Assembly: GCA_017555825.1 (NCBI GenBank)
Contig: JAFZFQ010000021.1
Coordinates: 64,459-128,458, forward strand
DNA from: Bacteroidaceae bacterium
GTDB taxonomy: Bacteria > Bacteroidota > Bacteroidia > Bacteroidales > Barnesiellaceae_A
DNA: 64,000 nucleotides
Direction of reading: 5' to 3'
The position numbers and the translations under genes were made by a program. The notes below the pieces were generated by a model, which was given only the letters and a program-made list of their open reading frames with translations, did not search any database and was not told the DNA's origin. This document shows, one piece after another, positions 38,584 to 48,709 of the stretch; positions within the stretch are counted from its first letter, which is position 1, and every line of letters starts with the position of its first letter.

Positions 38584-38765
38584 CAAAGATACGAATAAGT
38601 GAGCGAAAAAAGATGAAGTTTACTTCAATATTTTTCACTGCGAGCGCAAGTATCTTGGAGGTTTATCTCAAAGATACGAATAAGTGAGCGAAAAAAGATG
38701 AAGTTTACTTCAATATTTTCACTGCGAGCGCAAGTATCTTGGAGGTTTACCTCAAAGATACGAAA
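38584..38765. repeat. tandem repeat: 2.15 copies of an 84-85-bp unit
   Basis: Units start at 38584, 38669 and 38753 (partial). The two full copies differ by only a few bases and a 1-nt T-run length change. Each carries a minus-strand TATCTTTG box, flanking GAGCGA/GCGAGCG motifs, and a TGAAGTTTACTTCA hairpin within A/T tracts. Confidence 0.9.
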
Positions 38766-38845
38766 TAATATTCTATTCGACCAAATGATTTGACAAAATA
38801 GAGTATTTGCATTATCTTCGCAAAGCAAACATAAAAAATCATCTT

Positions 38846-39502
38846 ATGAAAGTTTCTATATCATCGCTCGTTGCCGAGGCATGTCCCGGCTTGCGTGCGG
38901 GCATCATAAAAGCACATGTTGTAAATAGCGAAACAGGCGACGAGCTCTGGAATGAGTTGCAAGCCGAGGCTTCGCGCATTGCTACCACATACGCTACCGA
39001 TACACTATCTAAGCGTCCTGCCATTGCCGGCACTCGCCAGGCATACAAGACATTCGGCAAGGATCCGGCACGCTATCGCGTCTCGTCGGAGGCGTTGTGC
39101 CGTCGTGCCATTCGCGGACTCGACCTATACCGCATCAATACGCTGGTCGATCTCATCAACGTAGTCTCTATGCATTCGGGCTACTCGATAGGCGGATTTG
39201 ATGCCGACCGTATCGAGGGCGATATGACACTGGGTGTAGGTACAGCCGACGATCTTTTTCACGGCATAGGACGCGGTGTGCTCAATATCGAAGGCATGCC
39301 CGTCTATCGCGACAACGTGGGCGGTGTGGGCACTCCTACCAGCGACGAGGAGCGCACCAAGATAACCATGGATACAACCCACCTGCTCATTACTATCAAT
39401 GCCTATGCGCCCGAGATGCCTCTCGAAGAGTGCATGCAATGGACCATTGAGCTACTTGAAAAGTATGCCCAAGCAACCAACGTAGAAAGCTATATAATCT
39501 AA
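38846..39502 (+). CDS. B3/B4 tRNA-binding-domain protein (PheT B3/B4-like)
   Basis: ~218 aa. Its length and pattern resemble stand-alone B3/4 domain proteins. The start is set at MKVSISSL (ATG at 38846); the ORF track starts at 38807. Confidence 0.6.
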   Translation: MKVSISSLVAEACPGLRAGIIKAHVVNSETGDELWNELQAEASRIATTYATDTLSKRPAIAGTRQAYKTFGKDPARYRVSSEALCRRAIRGLDLYRINTLVDLINVVSMHSGYSIGGFDADRIEGDMTLGVGTADDLFHGIGRGVLNIEGMPVYRDNVGGVGTPTSDEERTKITMDTTHLLITINAYAPEMPLEECMQWTIELLEKYAQATNVESYII

Positions 39503-39518
39503 CACAACCATCACCGTC

Positions 39519-40130
39519 ATGCAACTCGTCAAGATATACCCCGACAACCCCAACCGCCGAGCCATACAGCAAATAGCCGAGGCTCTGCGCAATGGCGACA
39601 TCATCATCTATCCTACCGATACGCTCTATGCCATAGGTTGCGATGCCCTCAACGTGCGCGCAGTAGAGCGCATCTGTCGCATCAAGGGTATCGACCCCAC
39701 CAAGGCGGCCTTGTCGATTGTATGTCAAGACTTGAGCGATGCAGCACACTATGCACGCATAGATAACACAACACATCGTCTCATGCGCAAAAACCTGCCC
39801 GGAGCATTCACCTTTATACTCCCTGCCGGCTCGGAGCTACCCAAGCTCTACAAGCAACGCAAGAGTGTAGGTGTGCGTGTGCCCGACAACAATATAGCAC
39901 GCGCCATTGTCGAGGAGTTGGGCAACCCGCTACTATCGACCTCGGTTGCTACCAATCACGAAGAGCCGGAATATACCACCAATCCCGAATTGATAGCCGA
40001 GCTATATGCCTCGAAGGTAGATTATATTATTGATGGTGGCGAGGGAGACTTTGTAGGAAGCACCATTATAGACTGCACCAATGGCGAGCCCGAGATAGTG
40101 CGACAAGGCAAGGGAAATATAGAAGAGTAG
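39519..40130 (+). CDS. tsaC: L-threonylcarbamoyladenylate synthase (YrdC/TsaC type)
   Basis: 203 aa. YPTDTLYAIGCDA and VRVPD motifs of the YrdC/Sua5 fold are present, with no Sua5 C-domain. Confidence 0.85.
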   Translation: MQLVKIYPDNPNRRAIQQIAEALRNGDIIIYPTDTLYAIGCDALNVRAVERICRIKGIDPTKAALSIVCQDLSDAAHYARIDNTTHRLMRKNLPGAFTFILPAGSELPKLYKQRKSVGVRVPDNNIARAIVEELGNPLLSTSVATNHEEPEYTTNPELIAELYASKVDYIIDGGEGDFVGSTIIDCTNGEPEIVRQGKGNIEE

Positions 40131-40256
40131 CAAGTTTTTTAAGCAAAATTTAATTGTTGAAACTTTTCGACATTATAAAATTATGCTAACTTTGTGGCTA
40201 CCTTAAAAAGAGTAAGGATATTAACTAAAAATTTCATTATATAAAAAATTACAATT

Positions 40257-41192
40257 ATGTCAAAAGTAACCGTTGTAGGCGCCGGTAACGTAGGCGCAAC
40301 ATGTGCAAATGTATTGGCATTCAAAGGTATTGCCGACGAAGTAGTATTGCTCGACATCAAAGAAGGTGTATCGGAAGGTAAAGCTATGGATATGATGCAA
40401 ACAGCTCAACTGTTGTGCATGAACACTGTAGTTAAAGGTGTAACCAACGACTACTCGGCAACTGCCGGTTCTGACGTGGTTATTATCACTTCAGGTATTC
40501 CCCGCAAACCCGGTATGACTCGCGAAGAGCTCATCGGTGTTAACGCTGGTATCGTTCGCTCGGTAGTAAACAGCGTACTCGAACACTCACCCAACGCTAT
40601 CATCGTGTGCGTGAGCAACCCCATGGACACAATGACTTACCTCATCCACAAAGTAACTGACCTTCCCAAAAACCGCATCATCGGTATGGGTGGCGCATTG
40701 GATAGCTCTCGCTTCAAATATTACTTGAGCCAAGCTCTCGGTGCTAACGCCAACGAGGTAGAGGGTATGGTAATCGGTGGTCACGGCGACACTACTATGA
40801 TTCCTTTGAAACGCTTCGCTACATACAAGGGTCTTCCCGTATCGGGTCTTATGCCCGCAGAGCAACTCGACAAGATTGCTGCCGACACAATGGTAGGTGG
40901 TGCTACTTTGACTAAGTTGCTCGGTACTTCTGCTTGGTATGCTCCCGGCGCTGCTGCAGCTATGGTAGCTTCTTCTATCATCCACAACGAAAAACGTATC
41001 ATCCCCTGCAGCGTAATGCTCGAAGGCGAGTATGGCCACAGCGACCTTTGCATCGGTGTTCCCGTTGTATTGGGCAAAGATGGTATCGAGCGCATCATCG
41101 AGCTCGACCTCAATGCTGAGGAGAAAGCTCTCTTCGATGCCAGCGCAGCCGCTGTTAAGAACACTAACGCTGCTCTTGCCGAACTCATCTAA
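40257..41192 (+). CDS. mdh: malate dehydrogenase (LDH-like family)
   Basis: 311 aa. NAD motif VVGAGNVGAT, substrate-loop region GIPRKPGMTR and catalytic GGHGDT. A TAACTTTG box lies at 40187-40194. Confidence 0.9.
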   Translation: MSKVTVVGAGNVGATCANVLAFKGIADEVVLLDIKEGVSEGKAMDMMQTAQLLCMNTVVKGVTNDYSATAGSDVVIITSGIPRKPGMTREELIGVNAGIVRSVVNSVLEHSPNAIIVCVSNPMDTMTYLIHKVTDLPKNRIIGMGGALDSSRFKYYLSQALGANANEVEGMVIGGHGDTTMIPLKRFATYKGLPVSGLMPAEQLDKIAADTMVGGATLTKLLGTSAWYAPGAAAAMVASSIIHNEKRIIPCSVMLEGEYGHSDLCIGVPVVLGKDGIERIIELDLNAEEKALFDASAAAVKNTNAALAELI

Positions 41193-41424
41193 TAGAACAA
41201 TGTGTGCTTAATGCACATATAGTTATAACGAGGGTGTCTCAAAACGAGGCATCCTCTTTTAGTAGCTAAAAAATAAACAAAGCCCTGACTTTCACAAGCC
41301 GGGTCTTTGTTTTATGTATTTTTTGGGGGGACAAAATAGAGGGCGCATCAGACTTTTGATACACCCTCTTGTTATAAGTGAGACAAGTAATATAAAGTAT
41401 ATAACTACGCTTCTTTTTCTTGTA

Positions 41425-43095
41425 TTATACAATACCCTCTACGTTGCCATCTTCGGCGAGGTGGATATTGACAGCTTGGGGAGTCTTGCTCAAACCGGGC
41501 ATACGCATAATGTCGCCGGCGAGAGCTACCACGAAGCCACTACCTGCATTGAGTTCGATATCTTTGATATTGATTTCAAAGCCCTCTACACTACCATAAC
41601 GTTTGGCATCGGCACTGAATGAGAATTGTGTCTTAGCGATACAAACGGGAAGATGACCCAATCCCCATTTCTCAATCAAGGCAATCTCCTTTTGAGCCTT
41701 AGGACCAAATACTACCGAGCCGGCACCATAGATATTCTTGCACACCTTGGTAATCTTATCTTTGATGCTATCTTCGAGGTCGTAGGCATAATTGATAGGT
41801 TGAGAAGGTTGATTTTCAATAAGTTCTACTGCAGCTTGAGCCAACTCTGCTGCACCGGCACCTCCTTGTGCATAGGCGTTGTTAATAACACAACGTACGC
41901 CCAACTCGTCGCAGTGAGCCATTACCATTGCAATCTCATCGTCGGTATCGCTTGCAAAGCGGTTGAAGCATACCAACACAGTTTGACCAAACTTGCGCAA
42001 GTTGGCCACGTGACGGTCGAGGTTGGCAAAACCTTGCTTCAAGCCCTCGGCATTGGGCAACTTAATTTCGGTCTCGGGCACACCGCCGTGCATTTTGAGC
42101 GCAAGAGTCGAGGCTACAAGTACAGTGAGGTCGGGTTTCAAGCCGGCTTGACGGCACTTGATATCAAGAAACTTCTCAGCACCAAGGTCGGCACCAAAAC
42201 CGGCTTCGGTCACGGTATAATCGGCCCATGACATAGCCATGCGAGTAGCTATTACCGAGTTGCAACCGTGCGCAATATTGGCAAACGGACCACCGTGGAT
42301 GATAACAGGGTTATGCTCGGTAGTTTGCACAAGGTTGGGGTTGATAGCATCTTTCAAGAGAGCCACAACAGCACCTGTTACGCCTAAATCGTCGACAGTG
42401 AAGGGGGTATCGTCATAGCGCACACCAAGTACAATGCGACCGATGCGTACATAGAGGTCTTCTACGTTGCGAGCCAAGCAGAGGATAGCCATAATCTCCG
42501 ATGCAGGAGTTATATCGAAACCTGTCTCGGTGGGTATACCATTGGCCGAGCCTCCCATACCCGAAACGATGTTGCGCAACGAGCGGTCGTTCATATCAAG
42601 TACACGACGCCACATAACCTTCTTCAAACCTACTTGTTTCGAGCGGTTGTGATAGAGATAGTTGTCAAGCAACGCGGCAATAAGGTTATTGGCCGATGTA
42701 ATAGCGTGGAAGTCTCCTGTAAAATGGAGGTTGATATCTTCCGAGGGCAATACTTGAGCATAGCCACCACCAGTAGCACCACCCTTCATACCGAAACAGG
42801 GACCCAACGAAGGCTCGCGCAAGGCTATGATGGCATTTTTACCAATGTGATTCAAGCCCATACCCAAACCTATGCTCACGGTAGTCTTACCCACACCGGC
42901 TTTGGTTGCGGTAATAGCCGTAACGAGTATAAGGTGATTTTTGGCAACCTTTTTCTCATCAATAAGTTTATACGGAACCTTGGCTATATACTTACCATAG
43001 TTAAAAACTTCGTCATCGGGGAAGCCAACTTTTGCGGCAACCTCGCGAATGTTTTTTAGCGTCGTTTCACGAGCTATTTCAATGTCTGTTTTCAT
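41425..43095 (-). CDS. fhs: formate--tetrahydrofolate ligase
   Basis: 556 aa. P-loop [31 protein letters not shown] and [10 protein letters not shown]. Confidence 0.95.
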   Translation of the reverse strand: MKTDIEIARETTLKNIREVAAKVGFPDDEVFNYGKYIAKVPYKLIDEKKVAKNHLILVTAITATKAGVGKTTVSIGLGMGLNHIGKNAIIALREPSLGPCFGMKGGATGGGYAQVLPSEDINLHFTGDFHAITSANNLIAALLDNYLYHNRSKQVGLKKVMWRRVLDMNDRSLRNIVSGMGGSANGIPTETGFDITPASEIMAILCLARNVEDLYVRIGRIVLGVRYDDTPFTVDDLGVTGAVVALLKDAINPNLVQTTEHNPVIIHGGPFANIAHGCNSVIATRMAMSWADYTVTEAGFGADLGAEKFLDIKCRQAGLKPDLTVLVASTLALKMHGGVPETEIKLPNAEGLKQGFANLDRHVANLRKFGQTVLVCFNRFASDTDDEIAMVMAHCDELGVRCVINNAYAQGGAGAAELAQAAVELIENQPSQPINYAYDLEDSIKDKITKVCKNIYGAGSVVFGPKAQKEIALIEKWGLGHLPVCIAKTQFSFSADAKRYGSVEGFEINIKDIELNAGSGFVVALAGDIMRMPGLSKTPQAVNIHLAEDGNVEGIV

Positions 43096-43116
43096 TTTTC
43101 TTTTTCTATTTTGGGT

Positions 43117-45147
43117 TTAACTATTAATATCTAATAATTTGAGTTTATCTTCAAGTTTAAGCATTTCGTCGCGCAGTCGTGCCGCCTCGATAAAGTCCAT
43201 TTGCCGTGCAGCTTCGAGCATATCTTTGCGAGTGCGCTCGATGGCCTTCTGCAACTGTGGCGCGCTCATATAGGCCACTACAGGGTCGGCCGCAATATTG
43301 ACCGTGGGAGTATACTCGCGTGCGTAGGGCACAGGCGCAGCCTGCTCCTTGTCACCACGTGTAAGTATGTCGCGACGAGCCTTGTTGATGGCCTGCGGTG
43401 TGATGCCATGTGCTTCGTTGTAGGCCAATTGCTTTTCTCGGCGGCGATTGGTCTCGTCGATGGTGAGTCGCATGCTATCGGTTATCTTGTCGGCATACAT
43501 AATCACAGCACCATTGAGGTTACGTGCAGCGCGACCCACCGTCTGAGTAAGTGAGCGATGCGAGCGCAAAAATCCCTCTTTGTCGGCATCAAGAATTGCC
43601 ACAAGCGACACTTCGGGCAAGTCGAGACCTTCACGCAAGAGGTTTACACCCACCAACACATCATATACACCGGAACGCAGATCTTCAAGAATCTGTATAC
43701 GGTCGAGAGTATCAACATCGGAGTGAATATAGTTGCTACGAATATCCAAGCGCAAGAGGTAGTTGTTCAGCTCCTCGGCCATACGCTTGGTAAGGGTGGT
43801 AACCAACACACGCTCATTGCGTTCTATGCGCAATTGTATCTCTTCGAGCAGATCATCTATCTGATTGAGACTCGGTCGCACCTCGATAGTAGGATCGAGC
43901 AATCCGGTGGGGCGTATGATTTGCTCTACAAATACACCCTCGCAACGATTGAGCTCATAATCGGCCGGTGTGGCACTCACATAGATAGTCTGCTTTACAA
44001 GCGACTCAAACTCCTCAAACTTCAAGGGGCGATTATCTACCGCAGCAGGCAGTCGGAAGCCATACTCCACCAAGTTCATCTTGCGCGAAGCATCGCCACC
44101 ATACATAGCACGTATCTGAGGCACGGTAACGTGACTCTCGTCTATAATCACCAAGAAGTCGTCGGGGAAATAGTCGAGCAAGCAGAAAGGTCGTGTGCCT
44201 GGTGCGCGTCCATCGAAGTAGCGTGAGTAGTTCTCTATACCCGAGCAGTATCCCAGCTCACGTATCATCTCTACATCATAGGTCACCCGTTCATACAAGC
44301 GCTTGGCCTCATACTCCTTGCCTATAGAGCGGAAGAAATCGACCTGACGACCCAAGTCGAGCTGTATCTGCTCTATAGCACGAGCTATACACTCCTTGGT
44401 TGTAACAAAAATGTTGGCAGGATATATCTTATAGGCATCGAACGATGCTATGCGCATGCCCGACACGGGGTCGATGGTAGAGATACTCTCTATCTCGTCG
44501 TCCCAGAAGACAACACGTAATGCTGTCTCGTCGTAAGCCAAATATATATCTACCGTATCACCTTTGACGCGAAAAGTGCCACGCTTAAACTCCACCTCGT
44601 TGCGCGAATAGAGAGCATCGACCAAGTGTCGCAAGAAGTCGTTGCGATCGGTGCGATCTCCCACTTTTACCTCGGTAACATTTGAGTGAAAGTCTTGCGG
44701 GTTGCCTATACCGTATAGACACGACACCGACGATACCACCACCACATCTTTGCGACCCGACAACAATGCCGATGTTGTAGCAAGTCGCAAGCGGTCTATC
44801 TCGTCGTTTATAGCCAAGTCCTTTTCGATATAGGTATCGGTTGTGGGTATATAGGCCTCGGGCTGATAGTAGTCGTAGTACGATACAAAATAGTGAACAG
44901 CATTGTCGGGGAAGAATGCCTTGAACTCTCCATACAACTGCGCTGCCAATGTTTTGTTGTGGCTGAGGATAAGGGTTGGTTTTTGCACACGCTCAATGAC
45001 ATTGGCCATTGTAAACGTCTTGCCCGATCCGGTAACACCCAACAACGTCTGTGTAGGAGTGCCATCCATGACACCTCTACTCAACTCGTTTATTGCCTCG
45101 GGCTGGTCGCCGGTAGGGGCATATGAAGAAACCAACTTAAACTCCAT
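43117..45147 (-). CDS. uvrB: excinuclease ABC subunit B
   Basis: 676 aa. Walker A is GVTGSGKTFTMA, with DESH and the helicase motifs, and a C-terminal UVR domain (...AARLRDEMLKL). Confidence 0.95.
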   Translation of the reverse strand: MEFKLVSSYAPTGDQPEAINELSRGVMDGTPTQTLLGVTGSGKTFTMANVIERVQKPTLILSHNKTLAAQLYGEFKAFFPDNAVHYFVSYYDYYQPEAYIPTTDTYIEKDLAINDEIDRLRLATTSALLSGRKDVVVVSSVSCLYGIGNPQDFHSNVTEVKVGDRTDRNDFLRHLVDALYSRNEVEFKRGTFRVKGDTVDIYLAYDETALRVVFWDDEIESISTIDPVSGMRIASFDAYKIYPANIFVTTKECIARAIEQIQLDLGRQVDFFRSIGKEYEAKRLYERVTYDVEMIRELGYCSGIENYSRYFDGRAPGTRPFCLLDYFPDDFLVIIDESHVTVPQIRAMYGGDASRKMNLVEYGFRLPAAVDNRPLKFEEFESLVKQTIYVSATPADYELNRCEGVFVEQIIRPTGLLDPTIEVRPSLNQIDDLLEEIQLRIERNERVLVTTLTKRMAEELNNYLLRLDIRSNYIHSDVDTLDRIQILEDLRSGVYDVLVGVNLLREGLDLPEVSLVAILDADKEGFLRSHRSLTQTVGRAARNLNGAVIMYADKITDSMRLTIDETNRRREKQLAYNEAHGITPQAINKARRDILTRGDKEQAAPVPYAREYTPTVNIAADPVVAYMSAPQLQKAIERTRKDMLEAARQMDFIEAARLRDEMLKLEDKLKLLDINS

Positions 45148-45161
45148 CTACGGCGTCTATA

Positions 45162-45356
45162 TTAGCGACCCTCCTCGGGAATTACCAACCAGCAAATAAG
45201 GTAAGCCAAAAATCCTGTGCCTGCCAACAAAAGAGCCAACAACCACACAATGCGAATAATACTTACGTCTAATCCAAAAAAATTGGCAAATGCCTTACAT
45301 ACGCCGGCTATTTTACGATCTTCGCGAGGGCGCATAATCTTTTGTCCGTTTTCCAT
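45162..45356 (-). CDS. PspC-domain membrane protein
   Basis: 64 aa. RKIAGVCKAFANFFGLDVSIIRIVWLL plus a TM helix. A minus-strand TATATTTG box lies ~40 nt upstream. Confidence 0.7.
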   Translation of the reverse strand: MENGQKIMRPREDRKIAGVCKAFANFFGLDVSIIRIVWLLALLLAGTGFLAYLICWLVIPEEGR

Positions 45357-45666
45357 AACTCTATTTTTTATTCACTTACAATATATAGTTTGCAAATATA
45401 ACAAAAAGTAAAATAGAAAACAAGGCAGGATTGCATTGTTTTTATATTCTTCACCCGACAATAGAACTTTGCCAGCACAACGCCTATATAAACAAATCTC
45501 AAAAAGAATATTTTTTTCACAACATCACACACTATTTCCTACATGAAACAAGTGCTTTTACTACATTTTCACAAAAAATCACCCTCTTTAATCGTTAAAA
45601 AATCATCTCAAATTACGTTTATTCGCAAGTATTGTGTAACTTTGCAGTTCGGTAAATAATATACTT

Positions 45667-46467
45667 ATGCGAAAGATAGTCATTTTTTCACTTTTGGTAT
45701 TACTCTTGGCCTCATGCGGTGAGTTTGAGAAGGTGCGCAAAAGCACCGACTACTCAATGAAGTATGAGTATGCCAAAGATGCGTTTGAAAATGGAAAATA
45801 TCTTGAATGTGCCACCCTTCTCGAAGAATTGGTAACTATATACAAAGGATCGAGCAAAGCCGAAGAAGCTCTATATCTGTTGGCTCGTAGCTATTATGAG
45901 AACAAAGATTATCTTACTGCCGGCGAATACTTCAAAGCCTACTATCGCAACTTCCCTCGTGGCGAATATGCCGAGTTGGCTCGTTTCTACTGCGGATATG
46001 GCTACTACCTCGACTCGCCCGACCCTCGATTGGATCAAAGCGGTACATACAAGGCTATAGACGAGATGCAACAATTTATCGATTACTATCCCCGCAGCGA
46101 AAAGGTAGCCGAGGCACAAAATATCATCTTCGAGCTACAAGACAAGCTTGTATACAAGGAGGTACTCAACGCACAGTTGTACTACAATTTGGGCAACTAT
46201 CTGGGCAACAACTATCAGTCGGCCATCATTACAGCCGAGAACACACTGAAAGATTACCCCTACACCAAGTACAAAGAGACTTTAATGATGCTCATCCTCA
46301 AGTCGAAGTACCAAGAGGCATCACAAAGCTATGATGAGAAAAAACCCGAGCGCTTCCGCGCTGTGATTGACGAATATTATGCCTTTATCAACGAGTTTCC
46401 CGATGGAACCAATGCCAAGGAGGCTCAACAAATATTCAAGGTAGCAAGCCGATATGTAAAGAATTAA
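45667..46467 (+). CDS. bamD: outer membrane protein assembly factor BamD (TPR lipoprotein)
   Basis: 266 aa. Lipobox LLASC, TPR-like repeats and YAELARFYCGY. A TAACTTTG box lies at 45637-45644. Confidence 0.8.
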   Translation: MRKIVIFSLLVLLLASCGEFEKVRKSTDYSMKYEYAKDAFENGKYLECATLLEELVTIYKGSSKAEEALYLLARSYYENKDYLTAGEYFKAYYRNFPRGEYAELARFYCGYGYYLDSPDPRLDQSGTYKAIDEMQQFIDYYPRSEKVAEAQNIIFELQDKLVYKEVLNAQLYYNLGNYLGNNYQSAIITAENTLKDYPYTKYKETLMMLILKSKYQEASQSYDEKKPERFRAVIDEYYAFINEFPDGTNAKEAQQIFKVASRYVKN

Positions 46468-46489
46468 GAAACAATTTATTATAAGCACT

Positions 46490-46840
46490 ATGGATTATAA
46501 AAAATCAAACGCCCCTACCAACACCGTAACTCGCGACATGATCAGCTTGTCGGAAGATACCGGCAACGTGTACGAAACAGTAAGCATTATTGCCAAACGT
46601 GCCAACCAAATCTCTCGTGAGATGAAAGAAGAGCTCGACAACAAGCTCCAAGAGTTTGCCGCAAGCTCCGACAAAGACAACATGGAGGAAGAGACCGAAA
46701 ACCGCGAGCAAATCGAGGTATCGCGCTACTACGAGAAACTTCCCAAAGCTACTCTTATTGCTACACAAGAGTACATCGAGGGTCGTGTATACCACCGCAA
46801 CCCCGAGAAGGACAAAGACATCGAAGACGATATCGATTGA
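46490..46840 (+). CDS. rpoZ: RNA polymerase omega subunit-like protein (Bacteroidota form)
   Basis: 116 aa. GNVYETVSIIAKRANQISREMKEEL resembles the omega helix-rich core. It lies directly after bamD, as is common in Bacteroidota. Confidence 0.6.
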   Translation: MDYKKSNAPTNTVTRDMISLSEDTGNVYETVSIIAKRANQISREMKEELDNKLQEFAASSDKDNMEEETENREQIEVSRYYEKLPKATLIATQEYIEGRVYHRNPEKDKDIEDDID

Positions 46841-46868
46841 TATTGCATCGTTAAGACTGATGTATATA

Positions 46869-46905
46869 ACACGAGGCAACCGACACAAAATCGGTTGCCT
46901 CGTGT
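46869..46905 (+). terminator. hairpin after the rpoZ-like gene
   Basis: ACACGAGGCAACCGA-cacaaaa-TCGGTTGCCTCGTGT: a perfect 15-bp stem 29 nt after the stop. Confidence 0.7.
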
Positions 46906-47146
46906 TGTAATGAGCCGATAACAACGAAACATTGGCAAAGACACACCTTGCACACTTGGGAAGAAAAATGAACATTTCGTGCTCGTACTACAAAATTTAA
47001 CAAAGTAAATTTTGTCCATTTTATCCGTTTGTCACTATCTTTGCGATAAATCGCGAAAACAGACTGCACTCGCTGTGAGAAATAGCAAAACAAGTTTCGC
47101 ATTTCTCACTCGTTTGCTACCTTTTTTGCAAGTGAATAGTTATCAC

Positions 47147-48052
47147 ATGACCACACGCACCATCATAACACTGATTATATGCGCAATGATGTCGTTGACG
47201 AGCATTGCCACACCTCACACACATACTTGCGAGCAGGAACATGCTACCACGCACGATGATAGCACAATAGAGTGGGATGGTTGTGATGTATCAATTGCCA
47301 CAACAAGTGACGCCGATGCCACATCGGAGCTGAATACTTGCTACGCAACCGAAGTCTACGATGACGAAATCGAGTTTATTCCAGCCAAAGACAACACAAA
47401 GAAAAAGAAGAAGAAAAAGAAATCTTTCAACTCGCCCAAGACCAAAAGTTTTTGGGGATTTACAGCCGGTTATACATCGAAGCGTTGGCGCAAAAAAACT
47501 GCTACAGGCCAGGAAGAGTACGTCTATTTTGTCGACGGCAGGGCTTTACACGGCGTACAATTGGGAGCTCGATACAATCCACTATTTAAATATGGATTCG
47601 GACTGGACGTGGCATTGTTCTACGAGTACTACCACTACCGCTACACAACATCCGACGCTGTAATCAAAGATCTCATGGTATATCGCACACTCAACGAGCA
47701 CGTGATACGCCTACCTCTGCATCTCGAATATAGACTCAACTTTTCCAAGACATTTCAGTTGTTTGTGTTTGGAGGTATTGCTGCCGACTATATTATAGCA
47801 GGCAATATGATTATAAGCGACCAGAACACACCCAATAGCGATGCCAACAAGGTTATAACCGATATATATGGCAAGTATATACCTTCCGAAAGTCACTTCA
47901 ATGCAGCATTCTCGTTTGGTGGAGGATTTCGCTTTGGAGCCATACAATTCAATGTGAGCAGCGCAAGAGGATTCTACAACGGCGCACCATCCAATGAGTA
48001 TACACTCATGCAAGACAACCCGCTCAACATCACCATGTCGGTCATGTTCTAA
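47147..48052 (+). CDS. outer-membrane beta-barrel (porin-family/OmpA-N-like) protein with lysine run
   Basis: The start is set at MTTRTIITLIICAMMSLTSIA (signal peptide). The C-terminal 200 aa show alternating-hydrophobic beta-strand periodicity and end in an aromatic residue (…SVMF). The ORF track starts at 47012. Confidence 0.65.
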   Translation: MTTRTIITLIICAMMSLTSIATPHTHTCEQEHATTHDDSTIEWDGCDVSIATTSDADATSELNTCYATEVYDDEIEFIPAKDNTKKKKKKKKSFNSPKTKSFWGFTAGYTSKRWRKKTATGQEEYVYFVDGRALHGVQLGARYNPLFKYGFGLDVALFYEYYHYRYTTSDAVIKDLMVYRTLNEHVIRLPLHLEYRLNFSKTFQLFVFGGIAADYIIAGNMIISDQNTPNSDANKVITDIYGKYIPSESHFNAAFSFGGGFRFGAIQFNVSSARGFYNGAPSNEYTLMQDNPLNITMSVMF

Positions 48053-48123
48053 GACACTGCCACTGAGAGCAAAATACAACGTCCCTTGCACCTATCGGTA
48101 CAAAGGGCGTTGCGTATATTTTG

Positions 48124-48519
48124 TGGAGCTGGAGGGAATCGAACCCTCGTCCAAACGAGGAACTGATGAGCTTTCTACATGCTTATCTTCGCTGCGATTG
48201 TAGGGAAATGGCAAGCACGAAGCAACCAACCATAACCTTAGTCCCTAAAGTTTCGCCATTGGCCCGGGACAAGCCGCCGACTATTTCCGATATTATCTGC
48301 ACCACCATTTCGAACCGCTTCGGAACAACAGCATCCGGGTGATGTCTCGTTCCCGCACCTTGTGGGGGAATAAAGCTAATCTACTGTACTTCGATTAAGC
48401 AGCGAGAGCGTAAGTGTTTTCGCCAATTAAATTTGTGAAGTCTGAGATTATAGAGCCAGGCTACGAAGCTCTGCATGCTTACACACCACCTCTACCCGCT
48501 GTCAAAGCCAGTCAGCCCC
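48124..48519 (-). ncRNA. ssrA: tmRNA (SsrA)
   Basis: The minus strand starts GGGGCTGACTGGCTTTGACAGCGGG and ends GGTTCGATTCCCTCCAGCTCCA (T-arm + acceptor; CCA not encoded). The internal tag reading frame at 48395-48424 is GGC GAA AAC ACT TAC GCT CTC GCT GCT TAA = GENTYALAA*. Confidence 0.9.
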
Positions 48520-48659
48520 GGTGTATGTTCGATGTGACAACTCTTTGTACTACATCGTTGGGAGTGCGAAGATACAACTTTATTATTTTCGCGTCAAGCG
48601 TTACAATACATAATTTATAATAAAAGTATTTACGCCTTTGACTATTGCCACAATTTTAC

Positions 48660-48667
48660 TAACTTTG
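48660..48667 (+). promoter_or_regulatory. -7 box TAACTTTG upstream of ffh
   Basis: Exact TAnnTTTG match 43 nt upstream of the ATG at 48710. This supports the shorter ffh start. Confidence 0.45.
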
Positions 48668-48709
48668 CGCTTTAAAACAAACGCAATAAAATCAACACCA
48701 TATACAATT

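Noticed and set aside
38625-38828. 67-aa minus-strand ORF with an internal duplication (IFEVNLQDTCARSE / IFEINLQDTCARSE)
   Set aside because: It is a translation artefact of the 84-85-bp tandem repeat. The duplication is at DNA level, and the unit lengths (85 and 84 bp) do not consistently preserve the reading frame.
47012-47146. 45-aa N-terminal extension of the outer-membrane barrel ORF
   Set aside because: The extension overlaps the promoter box and leader hairpin and has no signal peptide. The internal Met at 47147 is followed by a typical signal sequence.
48053-48709. Genomic island or prophage integrated at the tmRNA gene (a common integration hotspot)
   Set aside because: No integrase, no duplicated ssrA 3' end and no compositional shift were seen on either side. 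The flanks are an OMP gene with its terminator and ffh with its promoter.
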